Below are positions 18,799-28,460 of a DNA stretch of 64,000 bases, one piece after another. Origin of the DNA: an uncultured beta proteobacterium (lineage in GTDB: Bacteria > Pseudomonadota > Gammaproteobacteria > Burkholderiales > Gallionellaceae). Below the pieces are notes generated by a model. The model worked only from the letters and a program-made list of their open reading frames with translations, did no database searches and was not told the DNA's origin. The stretch covers positions 155,273 through 219,272 of the forward strand of contig CAVVRT010000003.1 of NCBI GenBank assembly GCA_963750775.1, written 5' to 3'. The first letter of the stretch is position 1, and each line of letters opens with the position of its first letter. The translations under genes were made by a program, and so were the position numbers.

Positions 18799-20574
18799 AT
18801 GAAAAATCTCACCAATACCCAGCTTTACTTACGTTTACTGTCCTACGTCAAACCTTACTGGCGCGTGTTCGCCGCTTCCATCGCTGGCACAGCGGTCGCT
18901 GCCGCCACCGAGCCGTTGTTGCCCGCTCTGCTCAAACCCATGCTGGACGGGACTTTCGTGCATAAAGACGCGTTCGTGATTCATTGGGCTCCGCTGATTA
19001 TTATTTTGATTTTCTTGGTGCGCGGCATTGCGGGCTTCGTTGCGACCTACGCGATTAACTGGGTGGGCAACAAAGTCGTGATGGATTTGCGCGGCGAAAT
19101 GTTCCGCAAATTGCTCACCCTGCCTACGCATTTTTACGACAACCACGCCACCGGTAATCTCATCTCCAAACTCACCTTCGATGTCACGCAAGTCACGGCT
19201 GCTGCGACTTCGGTGGTGACCGTCACCATCCGCGACTCCATCATTATTGTCGGGCTGTTAGGTTGGCTGATTTATTTGGATTGGAAACTCACATTGCTCG
19301 CGCTGGTGGTCACGCCCTTAGTCGCGGGGGTGATTTACACCATTAACAAACGCTTGCGCAATTCCAGCCGCGACTCGCAACGCGCCATGGGCAACATTAC
19401 CCAAGTGATAGAGGAAAGCGTTGCCGCGCATAAGGTCGTTAAATTATTCGGCGGGCAACGCTATGAACAGCAACGCTTTGAAGTCGAGACTAATGGGATG
19501 CGCCGCCAAGCCATGAAGCAAGCGGCGGCGGCGGCGGCGAACGTGCCGCTAGTGCAATTAGTCGCGGCGTTCGCGCTGGCAGTGGTGATTTATTTGGCAA
19601 CGCAACAAGCTAAAACCGACGAGACCACGGTGGGCGGATTTTTGTCGTTTGTCGCGGCGATGTTGATGTTGACCGCGCCGATTAAACGTCTCACCAGTGT
19701 CAGCGAACAAATGCAGCGCGGCCTTGCCGCCGCCGAAAGTGTGTTCGATTTAATCGACACAGCTGGCGAAATGGATAACGGCAAAGTCGCATTGGCGCGC
19801 GCGCGTGGCGAGTTGAATTTTGAGCAGTTAAATTTTGCCTATCAAAACGACGATGCACCCGCCAATGAACCTGTGCGCATGGCTTTGCAGGATATTTGTT
19901 TGAACGTGCCAGCAGGACAATCGGTGGCTTTAGTCGGTGCGTCGGGCAGCGGAAAAAGTACGCTGGCGAATCTTGTGCCGCGCTTTTATTTGCCCAGCAG
20001 CGGACGCATTACGCTAGACGGACACGACTTGAATGAGCTGACGCTCGCCAGCTTGCGCGCCAACATCGCGCTGGTCAGCCAAGAAGTGGTGCTGTTCAAC
20101 GATACCCTCGCCGCCAACATTGCTTACGGTCAAGAACGCGAAGTTTCCGAAGCAGAAATCATCGCCGCCGCCACTGCCGCGCACGCCATGGAATTTATCC
20201 GCGACTGGCCGCTGGGCTTGCAAACATTGGTCGGTGAGCGCGGTGTGAAGCTATCGGGCGGACAACGCCAGCGCATCGCCATCGCCCGCGCCATTCTAAA
20301 AAATGCGCCGATTTTGATTTTGGATGAAGCCACTTCCGCACTCGATTCCGCCTCCGAACGCCACGTCCAAGCCGCGCTCGAAACGCTGATGGAAGGTCGC
20401 ACCACGCTGGTCATTGCGCATCGCTTATCGACCATCGAAAAAGCAGATCGCATCGTGGTGATGCAAAAAGGTGTGATTGTGGAAGTCGGCACGCACCGCG
20501 AATTGCTTGCAAAAGCAGGCGTGTACGCGCAACTGCATCGCATTCAATTTGGCATGACGGAAGCCGCGCAATAA
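18799..20574 (+). CDS. msbA: Lipid A export ABC permease/ATPase
   Basis: RLLSYVKPY, TM domain, GASGSGKST, LSGGQRQRIAIARA, ILDEATSALD. Confidence 0.92.
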   Translation: MKNLTNTQLYLRLLSYVKPYWRVFAASIAGTAVAAATEPLLPALLKPMLDGTFVHKDAFVIHWAPLIIILIFLVRGIAGFVATYAINWVGNKVVMDLRGEMFRKLLTLPTHFYDNHATGNLISKLTFDVTQVTAAATSVVTVTIRDSIIIVGLLGWLIYLDWKLTLLALVVTPLVAGVIYTINKRLRNSSRDSQRAMGNITQVIEESVAAHKVVKLFGGQRYEQQRFEVETNGMRRQAMKQAAAAAANVPLVQLVAAFALAVVIYLATQQAKTDETTVGGFLSFVAAMLMLTAPIKRLTSVSEQMQRGLAAAESVFDLIDTAGEMDNGKVALARARGELNFEQLNFAYQNDDAPANEPVRMALQDICLNVPAGQSVALVGASGSGKSTLANLVPRFYLPSSGRITLDGHDLNELTLASLRANIALVSQEVVLFNDTLAANIAYGQEREVSEAEIIAAATAAHAMEFIRDWPLGLQTLVGERGVKLSGGQRQRIAIARAILKNAPILILDEATSALDSASERHVQAALETLMEGRTTLVIAHRLSTIEKADRIVVMQKGVIVEVGTHRELLAKAGVYAQLHRIQFGMTEAAQ

Positions 20575-20577
20575 CAG

Positions 20578-20814
20578 CTACTTTGCAGAGTGCTCGTACC
20601 AGCCTTGCGATGCGTTGGCGACCTTTACCACCAGCAACATCAACGGCACTTCAATCAACACGCCCACCACGGTCGCCAGAGCGGCACCCGATTCAAAGCC
20701 AAACGAACTAATCGCCGTGGCGACCGCAAGCTCAAAAAAATTGCTCGCGGCGATTAACGCGGACGGTGCGGCGACGCAATGTGCCACGCCCAGACGACGA
20801 TTCAGCCAGTATGC
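20578..20814 (-). pseudogene. acr3: Duplicated 3' fragment of acr3
   Basis: Reads [32 protein letters not shown]...WYEHSAK*; ~125 bp near-identical to full acr3 (about 21859-21983); in-frame TAG upstream. Confidence 0.9.
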
Positions 20815-20926
20815 CTAATTTTGTGACCTTGATTAACACTTCGTTGCGCACGTTTGTCACCCTGAAAAAATTATCAACCAGGTTAATTAAGCAGGGAACC
20901 TGTCACAGAATAGCTGCGTGTTAAAA

Positions 20927-20960
20927 CACTCAAATTCGACCCGCTATTTAGACCTTTACG
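20927..20960. repeat. Left 34-bp direct repeat flanking brnT-brnA
   Basis: CACTCAAATTCGACCCGCTATTTAGACCTTTACG; 31/34 identical to 21741..21774. Confidence 0.85.
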
Positions 20961-20983
20961 TTGCAAATATCTCCCTATTTATC

Positions 20984-21012
20984 TTTACAAGGTAGATAAT
21001 TATCTCCACAAT
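20984..21012 (+). promoter_or_regulatory. Putative sigma70 promoter and operator of brnTA
   Basis: TTTACA-17 nt-CACAAT with perfect palindrome AGATAATTATCT (20994-21005) between the boxes. Confidence 0.55.
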
Positions 21013-21019
21013 TAGAGTT

Positions 21020-21286
21020 GTGAGCTCGAACCTGACTTGGCATGAACCAAAACGACAACTAGCATTGACCGATAGAGGCTTGGACTTTGCCGATGCTGAA
21101 CACGTATTCGCCGAAACAGTGTTTGAGTTTGAGGATACCCGCCAAAACTACGGTGAATGCCGCATGATATGTTTCGGCTACTTGGCGGGTCGCTTGATGG
21201 TGGTTGGGTATGTTCAACGTGGCGAAAGCCGCCACATTTTTTCGATGAGGAAAGCCAATGAACTCGAAATTGCAAAATTTGGGTAG
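21020..21286 (+). CDS. brnT: BrnT family toxin
   Basis: LTWHEPKR...RGLDFADA, D.RQNYGECR, LMVVGYV.RG, HIFSMRKAN..E. Confidence 0.9.
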   Translation: MSSNLTWHEPKRQLALTDRGLDFADAEHVFAETVFEFEDTRQNYGECRMICFGYLAGRLMVVGYVQRGESRHIFSMRKANELEIAKFG

Positions 21287-21617
21287 CGACTTAACCCGTG
21301 TGGATGCGCATGTTATCCAATCCGATGAATACGACGAAATCCCAGAATTAACCGATGCCGATTTAGCGCGTGGTACTTGGAAAATCGCGGGTAAAGTCGT
21401 TAGCCGCACCGAAGGTAAAGCGGCATTCAGTGCCGCCTTGAAAAAGCACAAAATCAATCTCACGCTTGACCCTGATGTGTTGGCATTTTTCAAGCAACAA
21501 GCAGGCGGACGCGGATACCAAACGCTCATCAACGCGACCTTGCGCGAAGCCATGCGCGCCAAGTCGATTGAAGAAACGTTACGTCGCGTCATTCGCGAAG
21601 AGCTACACATCACGTAA
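21258..21617 (+). CDS. brnA: BrnA family antitoxin
   Basis: DEIPELTD, KHKINLTLDPDVLAFFK, GRGYQTLINATLR; overlaps brnT. Confidence 0.9.
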   Translation: MNSKLQNLGSDLTRVDAHVIQSDEYDEIPELTDADLARGTWKIAGKVVSRTEGKAAFSAALKKHKINLTLDPDVLAFFKQQAGGRGYQTLINATLREAMRAKSIEETLRRVIREELHIT

Positions 21618-21740
21618 CTGCGGTGCGCCAAATTGCTGGCGCATAAAATCAGCACGCTGTAGATTTTTTCACCAACAGATTCAAATCCGAAGTGCAAATT
21701 TTACAAACGAATTAGGTGGCGAGCTGCGAGAACATCGTGC

Positions 21741-21774
21741 CACTAAAATTCGACCCGCTATTTAGACTTTTTCG
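21741..21774. repeat. Right 34-bp direct repeat, overlapping the acr3 stop codon
   Basis: CACTAAAATTCGACCCGCTATTTAGACTTTTTCG. Confidence 0.85.
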
Positions 21775-22781
21775 TACCAAGCCCGCGACTGGTTCACGAC
21801 TTTGACCACCAGCAACATCACGGGGACTTCAATCAATACGCCGACTACTGTGGCTAAGGCGGCACCCGATTCAAAGCCAAACAAACTAATCGCCGTGGCG
21901 ACCGCAAGCTCAAAAAAATTGCTCGCGGCGATTAACGCGGACGGTGCGGCGACACAATGTGCCACGCCCAGACGACGATTCAAGCCATACGCCAAACTCG
22001 CATTGAACAGCACTTGCAGCAAAATCGGCACGGCGAGCAGCGCAATGACAACAGGCTGTTTGACGATGGCGTTGCCTTGCAAGGCAAACAATAAAACCAG
22101 CGTTAGCAATAGCGCGCTCATGGAAAATGGGGCGATTTTTTGCACGGCGTGATTAAAGTTTACTTCGCCTTTTGCCATTAAATAGCGGCGTAAAAATTGC
22201 GCGAGGATGACGGGAATGACGATGTAAAAAATCACCGAAAACAGCAGCGTCGCCCACGGCACGGCGATGCTGGCTAGACCTAGCAACAACGCCACCAGCG
22301 GCGCAAAAGCAAAAATCATAATCGCGTCATTAAGGGCGACTTGCGACAGGGTGAAATACGCATCGCCCTTCACCAGATTGCTCCACACAAACACCATCGC
22401 GGTACACGGTGCGGCGGCGAGCAAAATTAGTCCCGCGATATAACTGTCGAGTTGCTCGGCGGGCAAATAGGCCGCGAACAGATGGCGGATAAATAGCCAA
22501 GCTAACAACGCCATCGAAAACGGCTTGACCGCCCAGTTGACGAATAGCGTTACGACTATGCCGCGCAGATGTTTTTTGACTTGATGCAACGGGCCGAAGT
22601 CGATGCGCAACAGCATCGGAATAATCATCACCCACACCAGAATTCCGACGGGAAGGTTGACGTGCGCGATTTCTAAACTGGCGAGCGCGTGAAAAAATTC
22701 TGGCGAAAATTGTCCTAACAACACGCCGACAACGATGCACAAAAACACCCACACGGTGAGATAGCGTTCAAACAGATTCAT
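21762..22781 (-). CDS. acr3: ACR3 family arsenite efflux transporter
   Basis: [48 protein letters not shown]. Confidence 0.97.
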   Translation of the reverse strand: MNLFERYLTVWVFLCIVVGVLLGQFSPEFFHALASLEIAHVNLPVGILVWVMIIPMLLRIDFGPLHQVKKHLRGIVVTLFVNWAVKPFSMALLAWLFIRHLFAAYLPAEQLDSYIAGLILLAAAPCTAMVFVWSNLVKGDAYFTLSQVALNDAIMIFAFAPLVALLLGLASIAVPWATLLFSVIFYIVIPVILAQFLRRYLMAKGEVNFNHAVQKIAPFSMSALLLTLVLLFALQGNAIVKQPVVIALLAVPILLQVLFNASLAYGLNRRLGVAHCVAAPSALIAASNFFELAVATAISLFGFESGAALATVVGVLIEVPVMLLVVKVVNQSRAWYEKV

Positions 22782-22785
22782 CGCG

Positions 22786-23283
22786 TTAATCCTTTATCCG
22801 TCCGATTTCGGCGAGCTTTTCTTTCAACACCAGCTTGTCCAATTTCTCAAATGGCAACGCCATAAAAAGCTGGATGCGTCGAGCGAGTTGTTCAGCAGCT
22901 TTATTGAAGGCGGCACGGCGCGCATCATCACCTTCGATATGTGCAGGATCGGGAATCCCCCAGTGCGCAGTGGCAGGTTTGCCTAACCACAAGGGGCACG
23001 CTTCACCCGCCGCGTTGTCGCACACGGTGAAAATAAAATCGAATTGCGGCGCATCGGCAAGCGCGAATTCGTCCCAGCTTTTACTGCGCAATCCTTCGAG
23101 CGAGTGACCATGCGCTTGCAACCATTCAATTGCGCCGGGATTGACCTTGCCCGCTGGTTTGCTGCCCGCGCTATAGGCTTTGAATTTGCCTTTTCCTAAA
23201 GTGTTAAACAACACTTCACCCAAGATGCTGCGGGCCGAATTGCCCGTGCAAAGAATCAATACGGTGTAGATTTTTTCGTTCAT
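22786..23283 (-). CDS. arsC: Arsenate reductase (LMW-PTP fold)
   Basis: LCTGNSARS, TVCDNAAGEACP, HWGIPDP; ATG at 23283. Confidence 0.93.
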   Translation of the reverse strand: MNEKIYTVLILCTGNSARSILGEVLFNTLGKGKFKAYSAGSKPAGKVNPGAIEWLQAHGHSLEGLRSKSWDEFALADAPQFDFIFTVCDNAAGEACPLWLGKPATAHWGIPDPAHIEGDDARRAAFNKAAEQLARRIQLFMALPFEKLDKLVLKEKLAEIGRIKD

Positions 23284-23302
23284 TACTTTTCCTTTTCTAA
23301 AA

Positions 23303-23617
23303 TTAACATTGCTTATTTTCAAGCTCACACGCTGTGCCTGCGCAGCAGTTTTCGGTGAGGTAAGCCAGCATCGTATTCATCGCAGTAAAGTTCGCCGCGT
23401 AATAGACGAAACGCCCGTCTTGGCGTTGGCTAATCAGCCCCGCGTGCGTGAGTGTTTTGACATGAAAAGACAAATTAGCGGGCGACACTTTGAGCTTCTC
23501 AGCAATCTGTCCCGCCGCCATACCGTCCACACCATGCACTACTAACAGCCGGAAAATGGCTAAACGGGTGGGCTGCGCCAGAGCGGATAAAGCTTTTACG
23601 ACTTGGGCTGATTTCAT
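23303..23617 (-). CDS. arsR: ArsR/SmtB repressor with C-terminal ENCC..C arsenite site
   Basis: ALAQPTRLAIFRLL, LSFH, ENCCAGTAC. Confidence 0.93.
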   Translation of the reverse strand: MKSAQVVKALSALAQPTRLAIFRLLVVHGVDGMAAGQIAEKLKVSPANLSFHVKTLTHAGLISQRQDGRFVYYAANFTAMNTMLAYLTENCCAGTACELENKQC

Positions 23618-23631
23618 TATTTTATATTTCT

Positions 23632-23644
23632 ATTGTTAAACAAT
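23632..23644. promoter_or_regulatory. Possible ArsR operator
   Basis: ATTGT-TAA-ACAAT inverted repeat just upstream of the arsR start. Confidence 0.4.
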
Positions 23645-23714
23645 TATTAAACCAATAATCGGGATTATAAAAGCGCAATCCCTCCTTACACAAGGCGGAC
23701 TAGATATTTTATTT

Positions 23715-23732
23715 CTGTAATAATCCTGTCAT
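23715..23732 (+). promoter_or_regulatory. Pho box upstream of pstS
   Basis: CTGTAAT-AATC-CTGTCAT matches the CTGTCAT-N4-CTGTCAT PhoB consensus. Confidence 0.8.
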
Positions 23733-23808
23733 AAATAAAACTTAGACTGCCGCTCGTTGTACTGAATCACCCCGTTGTACTTTCTGTTCATCCTCTTGTG
23801 GAGATTTT

Positions 23809-24858
23809 ATGAAAAGCACTATGAAACAATTAGTTTTAAGCATCGCTGCGGTATCGAGCATGGCATTCGCTAACGTGAGTTCTGCCACTGACATCACAGG
23901 CGCAGGCGCGACGTTCCCTTACCCTATCTACGCAAAATGGGCTGAAGCCTATAAGGCGCAAGGCGGTTCTAACATGAACTACCAATCTATCGGTTCAGGT
24001 GGTGGTATCAAACAAATCACCGCAAAAACAGTTGATTTCGGCGCGTCAGATATGCCTTTGAAGCCAGAAGATTTGGAAAAGAACGGCATGATGCAATTCC
24101 CTACCGTGATCGGCGGCGTAGTGCCCGTGATTAACGTCAACGGTATTGCAGCAGGTCAGTTGAAATTAGATGGCACAACTTTAGCGGACATCTACTTGGG
24201 CAAAATCACTAAGTGGAATGACGCAGCGATTGCCGCGTTGAACAAAGACATGAAGCTGCCTGATGAAAACATTACCGTGGTACATCGTTCAGATGGTTCA
24301 GGCACGAGCTTTATTTTTACTAACTACTTGTCAAAAGTAAGTGCGGATTGGAAAGCAACCGTAGGCGAGGGTACAGCGGTGTCATGGAAAGCGGGCACGG
24401 GCGGTAAAGGTAACGAAGGCGTGGCTTCTTATGTGCAACGTATCAAAGGTTCGATTGGTTATGTTGAATATGCTTACGCTTTGCAAAACAAAATGACTAG
24501 TGTGCAAATGAAAAATCGCGATGGTCAATTTGTTGCCGCGAATGAAGATTCATTCAAAGCCGCAGCAGCAGGTGCGCATTGGGACAAAGCTCCTGGCTTC
24601 TACGAAATCTTGACTGACGAAGCAGGCAAAGCCGCATGGCCGATTTCAGGTGCAACTTTCATCCTGATTCACAAAGCCCAAGAAAAACCAGAGTCAGGTA
24701 AAGAAGTATTGAAATTCTTTGACTGGGCTTACAGCAACGGCGGAAAATTGGCAGGTGATTTGGACTACGTTGTGATGCCAGAAAGCGTTATCAAGCTGAT
24801 ACGCGCTACTTGGAAAGCGCAAGTTAAAGACACAGCAGGTAAGGCAATCTGGAAGTAA
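23809..24858 (+). CDS. pstS: Phosphate ABC transporter substrate-binding protein
   Basis: TGAGATFPYP, YQSIGSGGG, DFGASD, HRSDGSGT, GYVEYAY. Confidence 0.98.
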   Translation: MKSTMKQLVLSIAAVSSMAFANVSSATDITGAGATFPYPIYAKWAEAYKAQGGSNMNYQSIGSGGGIKQITAKTVDFGASDMPLKPEDLEKNGMMQFPTVIGGVVPVINVNGIAAGQLKLDGTTLADIYLGKITKWNDAAIAALNKDMKLPDENITVVHRSDGSGTSFIFTNYLSKVSADWKATVGEGTAVSWKAGTGGKGNEGVASYVQRIKGSIGYVEYAYALQNKMTSVQMKNRDGQFVAANEDSFKAAAAGAHWDKAPGFYEILTDEAGKAAWPISGATFILIHKAQEKPESGKEVLKFFDWAYSNGGKLAGDLDYVVMPESVIKLIRATWKAQVKDTAGKAIWK

Positions 24859-24873
24859 CTGGTAACGGGTTTA

Positions 24874-24965
24874 TATGTATCTCGAAAAATTCTAAAATTT
24901 TAGAGCGACATACGAGGTAGAAATACCTTGCTCGGTTATACTGACGGGGGCTGCAAAGCCCCCGT
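24874..24965 (+). other. Three consecutive hairpins in the pstS-pstC spacer
   Basis: 24874-24912 imperfect stem; AGGTA-GAAA-TACCT (24915-24928); ACGGGGGC-TGCAAA-GCCCCCGT (24944-24965). Confidence 0.55.
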
Positions 24966-25066
24966 GTTCATCGGGAAACCCCGTAAATTTTGATTCGATT
25001 AGCTCTTATGTCGAGACAGCATTTACGAGGTTTCCTCTTATTTGACCTCTATATAAAGCCCTCACT

Positions 25067-26029
25067 ATGTCGATGTTCTCACTCGAAGCGAAGTTGAAAC
25101 GCCAAGCCTTATTAGACTTGGCGTTTCGTAGTCTGACGCGGGTTTCCGCCTTTGGCGTACTGGTGTTATTAGCTGCCATCATCGCGTCCTTAGTGATCGG
25201 CAGTATGCCCGCCATCCACGCCTTTGGCTTCGGCTTTTTAACGAGCCCAGAATGGGATCCTGTCAACGATAAATTCGGCGCGTTGATTCCGATTGTCGGC
25301 ACGCTGATTACTTCAGGCATCGCCTTGCTCATCGCGATCCCCGTCAGTTTTGGTATTGCGATTTTCTTGACCGAATTGTCGCCGCGTATCTTGCGTCGCC
25401 CACTCGGTATCGCCATCGAATTATTGGCAGGAATCCCCAGCATTATCTATGGCATGTGGGGCTTATTCGTGTTCGCGCCACTGTTCGCTGACCACGTTGA
25501 ACCGTGGCTCAACGATCGCATCGGCCCGCTGCCATTTATCGGCGAATTTTTTATGGGCGCACCTATGGGTATCGGCATCCTCACCGCCAGCATTATCTTG
25601 TCCATCATGGTGATTCCCTTTATCACCTCAGTGATGCGCGACGTGTTCGATGTGGTGCCGACGCTGCTCAAAGAATCCGCTTACGGCTTGGGCGCGACGA
25701 CTTGGGAAGTGATGTGGAAAGTAGTGTTGCCTTATACAAAAGTCGGCGTGGCGGGCGGCATCATGCTGGGGCTGGGGCGCGCCTTGGGCGAAACCATGGC
25801 AGTGACATTTGTGATTGGTAACGCGCACGAACTGGGCAAGTCACTACTCAATCCGGGCAACAGTATTTCGTCTGCCTTGGCGAATGAATTTACCGAAGCC
25901 ATCGGCGAGCTGTACACCTCCTCGCTTATCGAGCTCGGCTTGATATTATTTTTCATCACCTTCGTGGTGTTGTCCCTCGCCCGCTACATGTTGTACAAAC
26001 TGGGCAAACGTGAAGGTCAAGCGGCGTAA
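25067..26029 (+). CDS. pstC: Phosphate ABC transporter permease
   Basis: [37 protein letters not shown]. Confidence 0.97.
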   Translation: MSMFSLEAKLKRQALLDLAFRSLTRVSAFGVLVLLAAIIASLVIGSMPAIHAFGFGFLTSPEWDPVNDKFGALIPIVGTLITSGIALLIAIPVSFGIAIFLTELSPRILRRPLGIAIELLAGIPSIIYGMWGLFVFAPLFADHVEPWLNDRIGPLPFIGEFFMGAPMGIGILTASIILSIMVIPFITSVMRDVFDVVPTLLKESAYGLGATTWEVMWKVVLPYTKVGVAGGIMLGLGRALGETMAVTFVIGNAHELGKSLLNPGNSISSALANEFTEAIGELYTSSLIELGLILFFITFVVLSLARYMLYKLGKREGQAA

Positions 26030-26034
26030 CTCTT

Positions 26035-26886
26035 ATGACAAATAATTCTTTATATACACGTCGCCGCATCATCAATGGCGCAGGGCTAACGATTTCAGTT
26101 TTGGCGATGGGCTTCGGTTTATTTTGGCTGTGCTGGATTTTATGGACGCTGTTGGCGAACGGTTTGCCCGCACTCACTGCTGCCGTGTTCACGCAAATGA
26201 CTCCGCCACCTGGCAGCTCTGGCGGCTTGTTGAATGCGATTGCCGGCAGCTTGATGATGACGGTGCTAGGCACTGCTATTGGCACACCCATCGGCATTTT
26301 GGCGGGAACGTATCTGGCGGAATTCGGTCAGCGCGGCTGGATGGCACCCGTCACGCGCTTTATTAACGACATCTTGTTATCCGCGCCGTCGATTGTGATT
26401 GGGCTGTTTGTGTACGAAGTGTATGTGGTGCAAATCAAACATTTTTCGGGTTGGGCAGGCGCATTGGCATTGGCGATTTTGGTGATTCCGATTGTGATAC
26501 GTACCACCGAGAACATGCTGCGTTTAGTGCCCTCCACCTTGCGCGAAGCCGCTGCCGCATTGGGCGCACCGCAATGGAAAATCATCAACTTCGTTACCTT
26601 GCGCGCCGCGCGTGCAGGGATTATCACGGGCATCATGTTGGCGATTGCCCGCATCAGCGGCGAGACCGCCCCGCTCTTGTTTACCGCGTTGAACAATCAA
26701 TTTTGGAGCAGCAATATGAATCAGCCGATGGCGAGTTTGCCCGGCGTGATTTTCCAATTCGCCATGAGCCCGTATGAAGACTGGAAGAGTCTGGCGTGGG
26801 CGGGCGCGTTGCTGATTACCCTAAGCGTTTTAACCCTTAACATTTTGGCGCGTGTATTGTTCCGCCAAAGCTCAACTACCCATTAG
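26035..26886 (+). CDS. pstA: Phosphate ABC transporter permease
   Basis: [35 protein letters not shown]. Confidence 0.97.
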   Translation: MTNNSLYTRRRIINGAGLTISVLAMGFGLFWLCWILWTLLANGLPALTAAVFTQMTPPPGSSGGLLNAIAGSLMMTVLGTAIGTPIGILAGTYLAEFGQRGWMAPVTRFINDILLSAPSIVIGLFVYEVYVVQIKHFSGWAGALALAILVIPIVIRTTENMLRLVPSTLREAAAALGAPQWKIINFVTLRAARAGIITGIMLAIARISGETAPLLFTALNNQFWSSNMNQPMASLPGVIFQFAMSPYEDWKSLAWAGALLITLSVLTLNILARVLFRQSSTTH

Positions 26887-26978
26887 CAATCCAAATCTCG
26901 TCGCAATACGTCGTTGCTTATATTTGAATGTCTAGCAAGGCACATTTGCATGATTATTTATCCAACAAAGGTTTTTTT

Positions 26979-27755
26979 ATGTCAACTGAAACCATCATCA
27001 CCAATCCCAAAGTCATCGTTAAAGACTTGAACTTTCACTACGGTAACTACCGTGCGTTGAAAGACATCAATCTCAACATCGCCGAAAAAATGGTCACCGC
27101 TTTTATCGGTCCATCGGGTTGCGGAAAATCGACTTTGTTGCGCACCTTTAATCGCATGTATGAGCTTTACCCTAAGCAAAAAGCTACGGGTGAAATCATT
27201 CTCGACGGCGCGAATGTGCTGGATGCCAAACAAGATTTGAATATGCTGCGCGCCAAAATAGGCATGGTGTTTCAGAAGCCGACACCGTTTCCGATGTCGA
27301 TTTACGACAACATCGCGTTCGGCGTAAAACTGTATGAAAATTTAAGCAAACACGACATGGAAGCGCGCGTGGAATGGGCGTTGAAAAAAGCCGCGTTGTG
27401 GACAGAAGTTAAAGACAAACTCAAACAAAGCGGCACAGGCTTGTCTGGCGGTCAGCAACAACGTTTGTGTATCGCGCGCGCCATCGCGGTTAAACCGCAA
27501 GTGCTGTTACTTGACGAACCCACTTCCGCGCTCGATCCGATTTCCACCGCGCACATCGAAAAACTCATCGACGAATTGAAAGAAGATTTCACCATCGTCA
27601 TCGTCACGCACAATATGCAGCAAGCCGCCCGCGTGTCCGATTACACCGCCTATATGTACCTAGGCGACCTAATCGAATTCGGCGAAACCAGCACCGTGTT
27701 CACCAACCCTAAACGCAAAGAAACTGAAGACTACATCACAGGCAGATTTGGTTAA
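26979..27755 (+). CDS. pstB: Phosphate ABC transporter ATP-binding protein
   Basis: [48 protein letters not shown]; ATG at 26979. Confidence 0.98.
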   Translation: MSTETIITNPKVIVKDLNFHYGNYRALKDINLNIAEKMVTAFIGPSGCGKSTLLRTFNRMYELYPKQKATGEIILDGANVLDAKQDLNMLRAKIGMVFQKPTPFPMSIYDNIAFGVKLYENLSKHDMEARVEWALKKAALWTEVKDKLKQSGTGLSGGQQQRLCIARAIAVKPQVLLLDEPTSALDPISTAHIEKLIDELKEDFTIVIVTHNMQQAARVSDYTAYMYLGDLIEFGETSTVFTNPKRKETEDYITGRFG

Positions 27756-27785
27756 GCGATTCGAAATCATGTAGGAACGAGCAAC

Positions 27786-27814
27786 AAAAAGCCCAGCATC
27801 GCTGGGCTTTTTTT
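27786..27814. terminator. Bidirectional intrinsic terminator (pstB/dedA)
   Basis: AAAAA-GCCCAGC-ATC-GCTGGGC-TTTTTTT. Confidence 0.85.
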
Positions 27815-27826
27815 GACCACTCACCA

Positions 27827-28447
27827 CTAACGACTTCTCTTATGCTTAATCAGCTCACTTAGCGCGGGCAAGAAGGAGATAAAAATAATCGCGACAATGA
27901 TTAAAGTCAGATTGTTTTTCACCACAGGAATGTTACCAAAAAAATACCCCGCAAAACTCAATGAGCTAATCCACACCACACTGCCGATTAGACTGAACAT
28001 CACGAAAGTTGTGTAGCGCATCAAGCCGATGCCCGCTACGAAGGGGGCGAAAGTGCGCACAATGGGCAAAAAGCGCGCAAAAATAATGGTTTTTCCACCG
28101 TGGTCGGCGTAAAAGGTACGCGTCTTATCCAGATGCTCGCGCTTAATAAATTTACCGAAAAATTTATCGAACAAACGCAGCCCCAAAATCCGCCCTACCC
28201 AGTAGTTGGTGTTATCGCCAGACAAGGCGGCAACAATCAAAATCGGGATGAGTAATTCCAGCTGCAACGCGCCCAAGCCACACAACGCACCCGCCACAAA
28301 CAGCAACGAATCTCCGGGCAAAAATGGCGCTACCACCAAGCCTGTTTCGGCAAAAATAATCGCGAATAAAATGGCGTACACCCAATAACCGTAGTCGTGC
28401 GCGAGGGCTAGTAAATGCGTGTCGAGATGCAGAATAAAATCAATCAT
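27827..28447 (-). CDS. dedA: DedA family membrane protein
   Basis: IIFAETGLV..PFLPGDSLLF, GDNTNY, ARFLPIVRTFAPFVAG. Confidence 0.95.
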   Translation of the reverse strand: MIDFILHLDTHLLALAHDYGYWVYAILFAIIFAETGLVVAPFLPGDSLLFVAGALCGLGALQLELLIPILIVAALSGDNTNYWVGRILGLRLFDKFFGKFIKREHLDKTRTFYADHGGKTIIFARFLPIVRTFAPFVAGIGLMRYTTFVMFSLIGSVVWISSLSFAGYFFGNIPVVKNNLTLIIVAIIFISFLPALSELIKHKRSR

Positions 28448-28460
28448 ATTTTTATTGGTG

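Noticed and set aside
20578-20787. 69-aa ORF as an independent gene
   Set aside because: It is the duplicated acr3 3' end, with no credible start
20927-21774. Integron cassette/attC or Xer-dif module explanation for the brnTA direct repeats
   Set aside because: GTCTAAA resembles RYYYAAC, but there is no paired GTTRRRY arm, no attC-like hairpin and no intI. The repeat does not match XerC/XerD half-sites.
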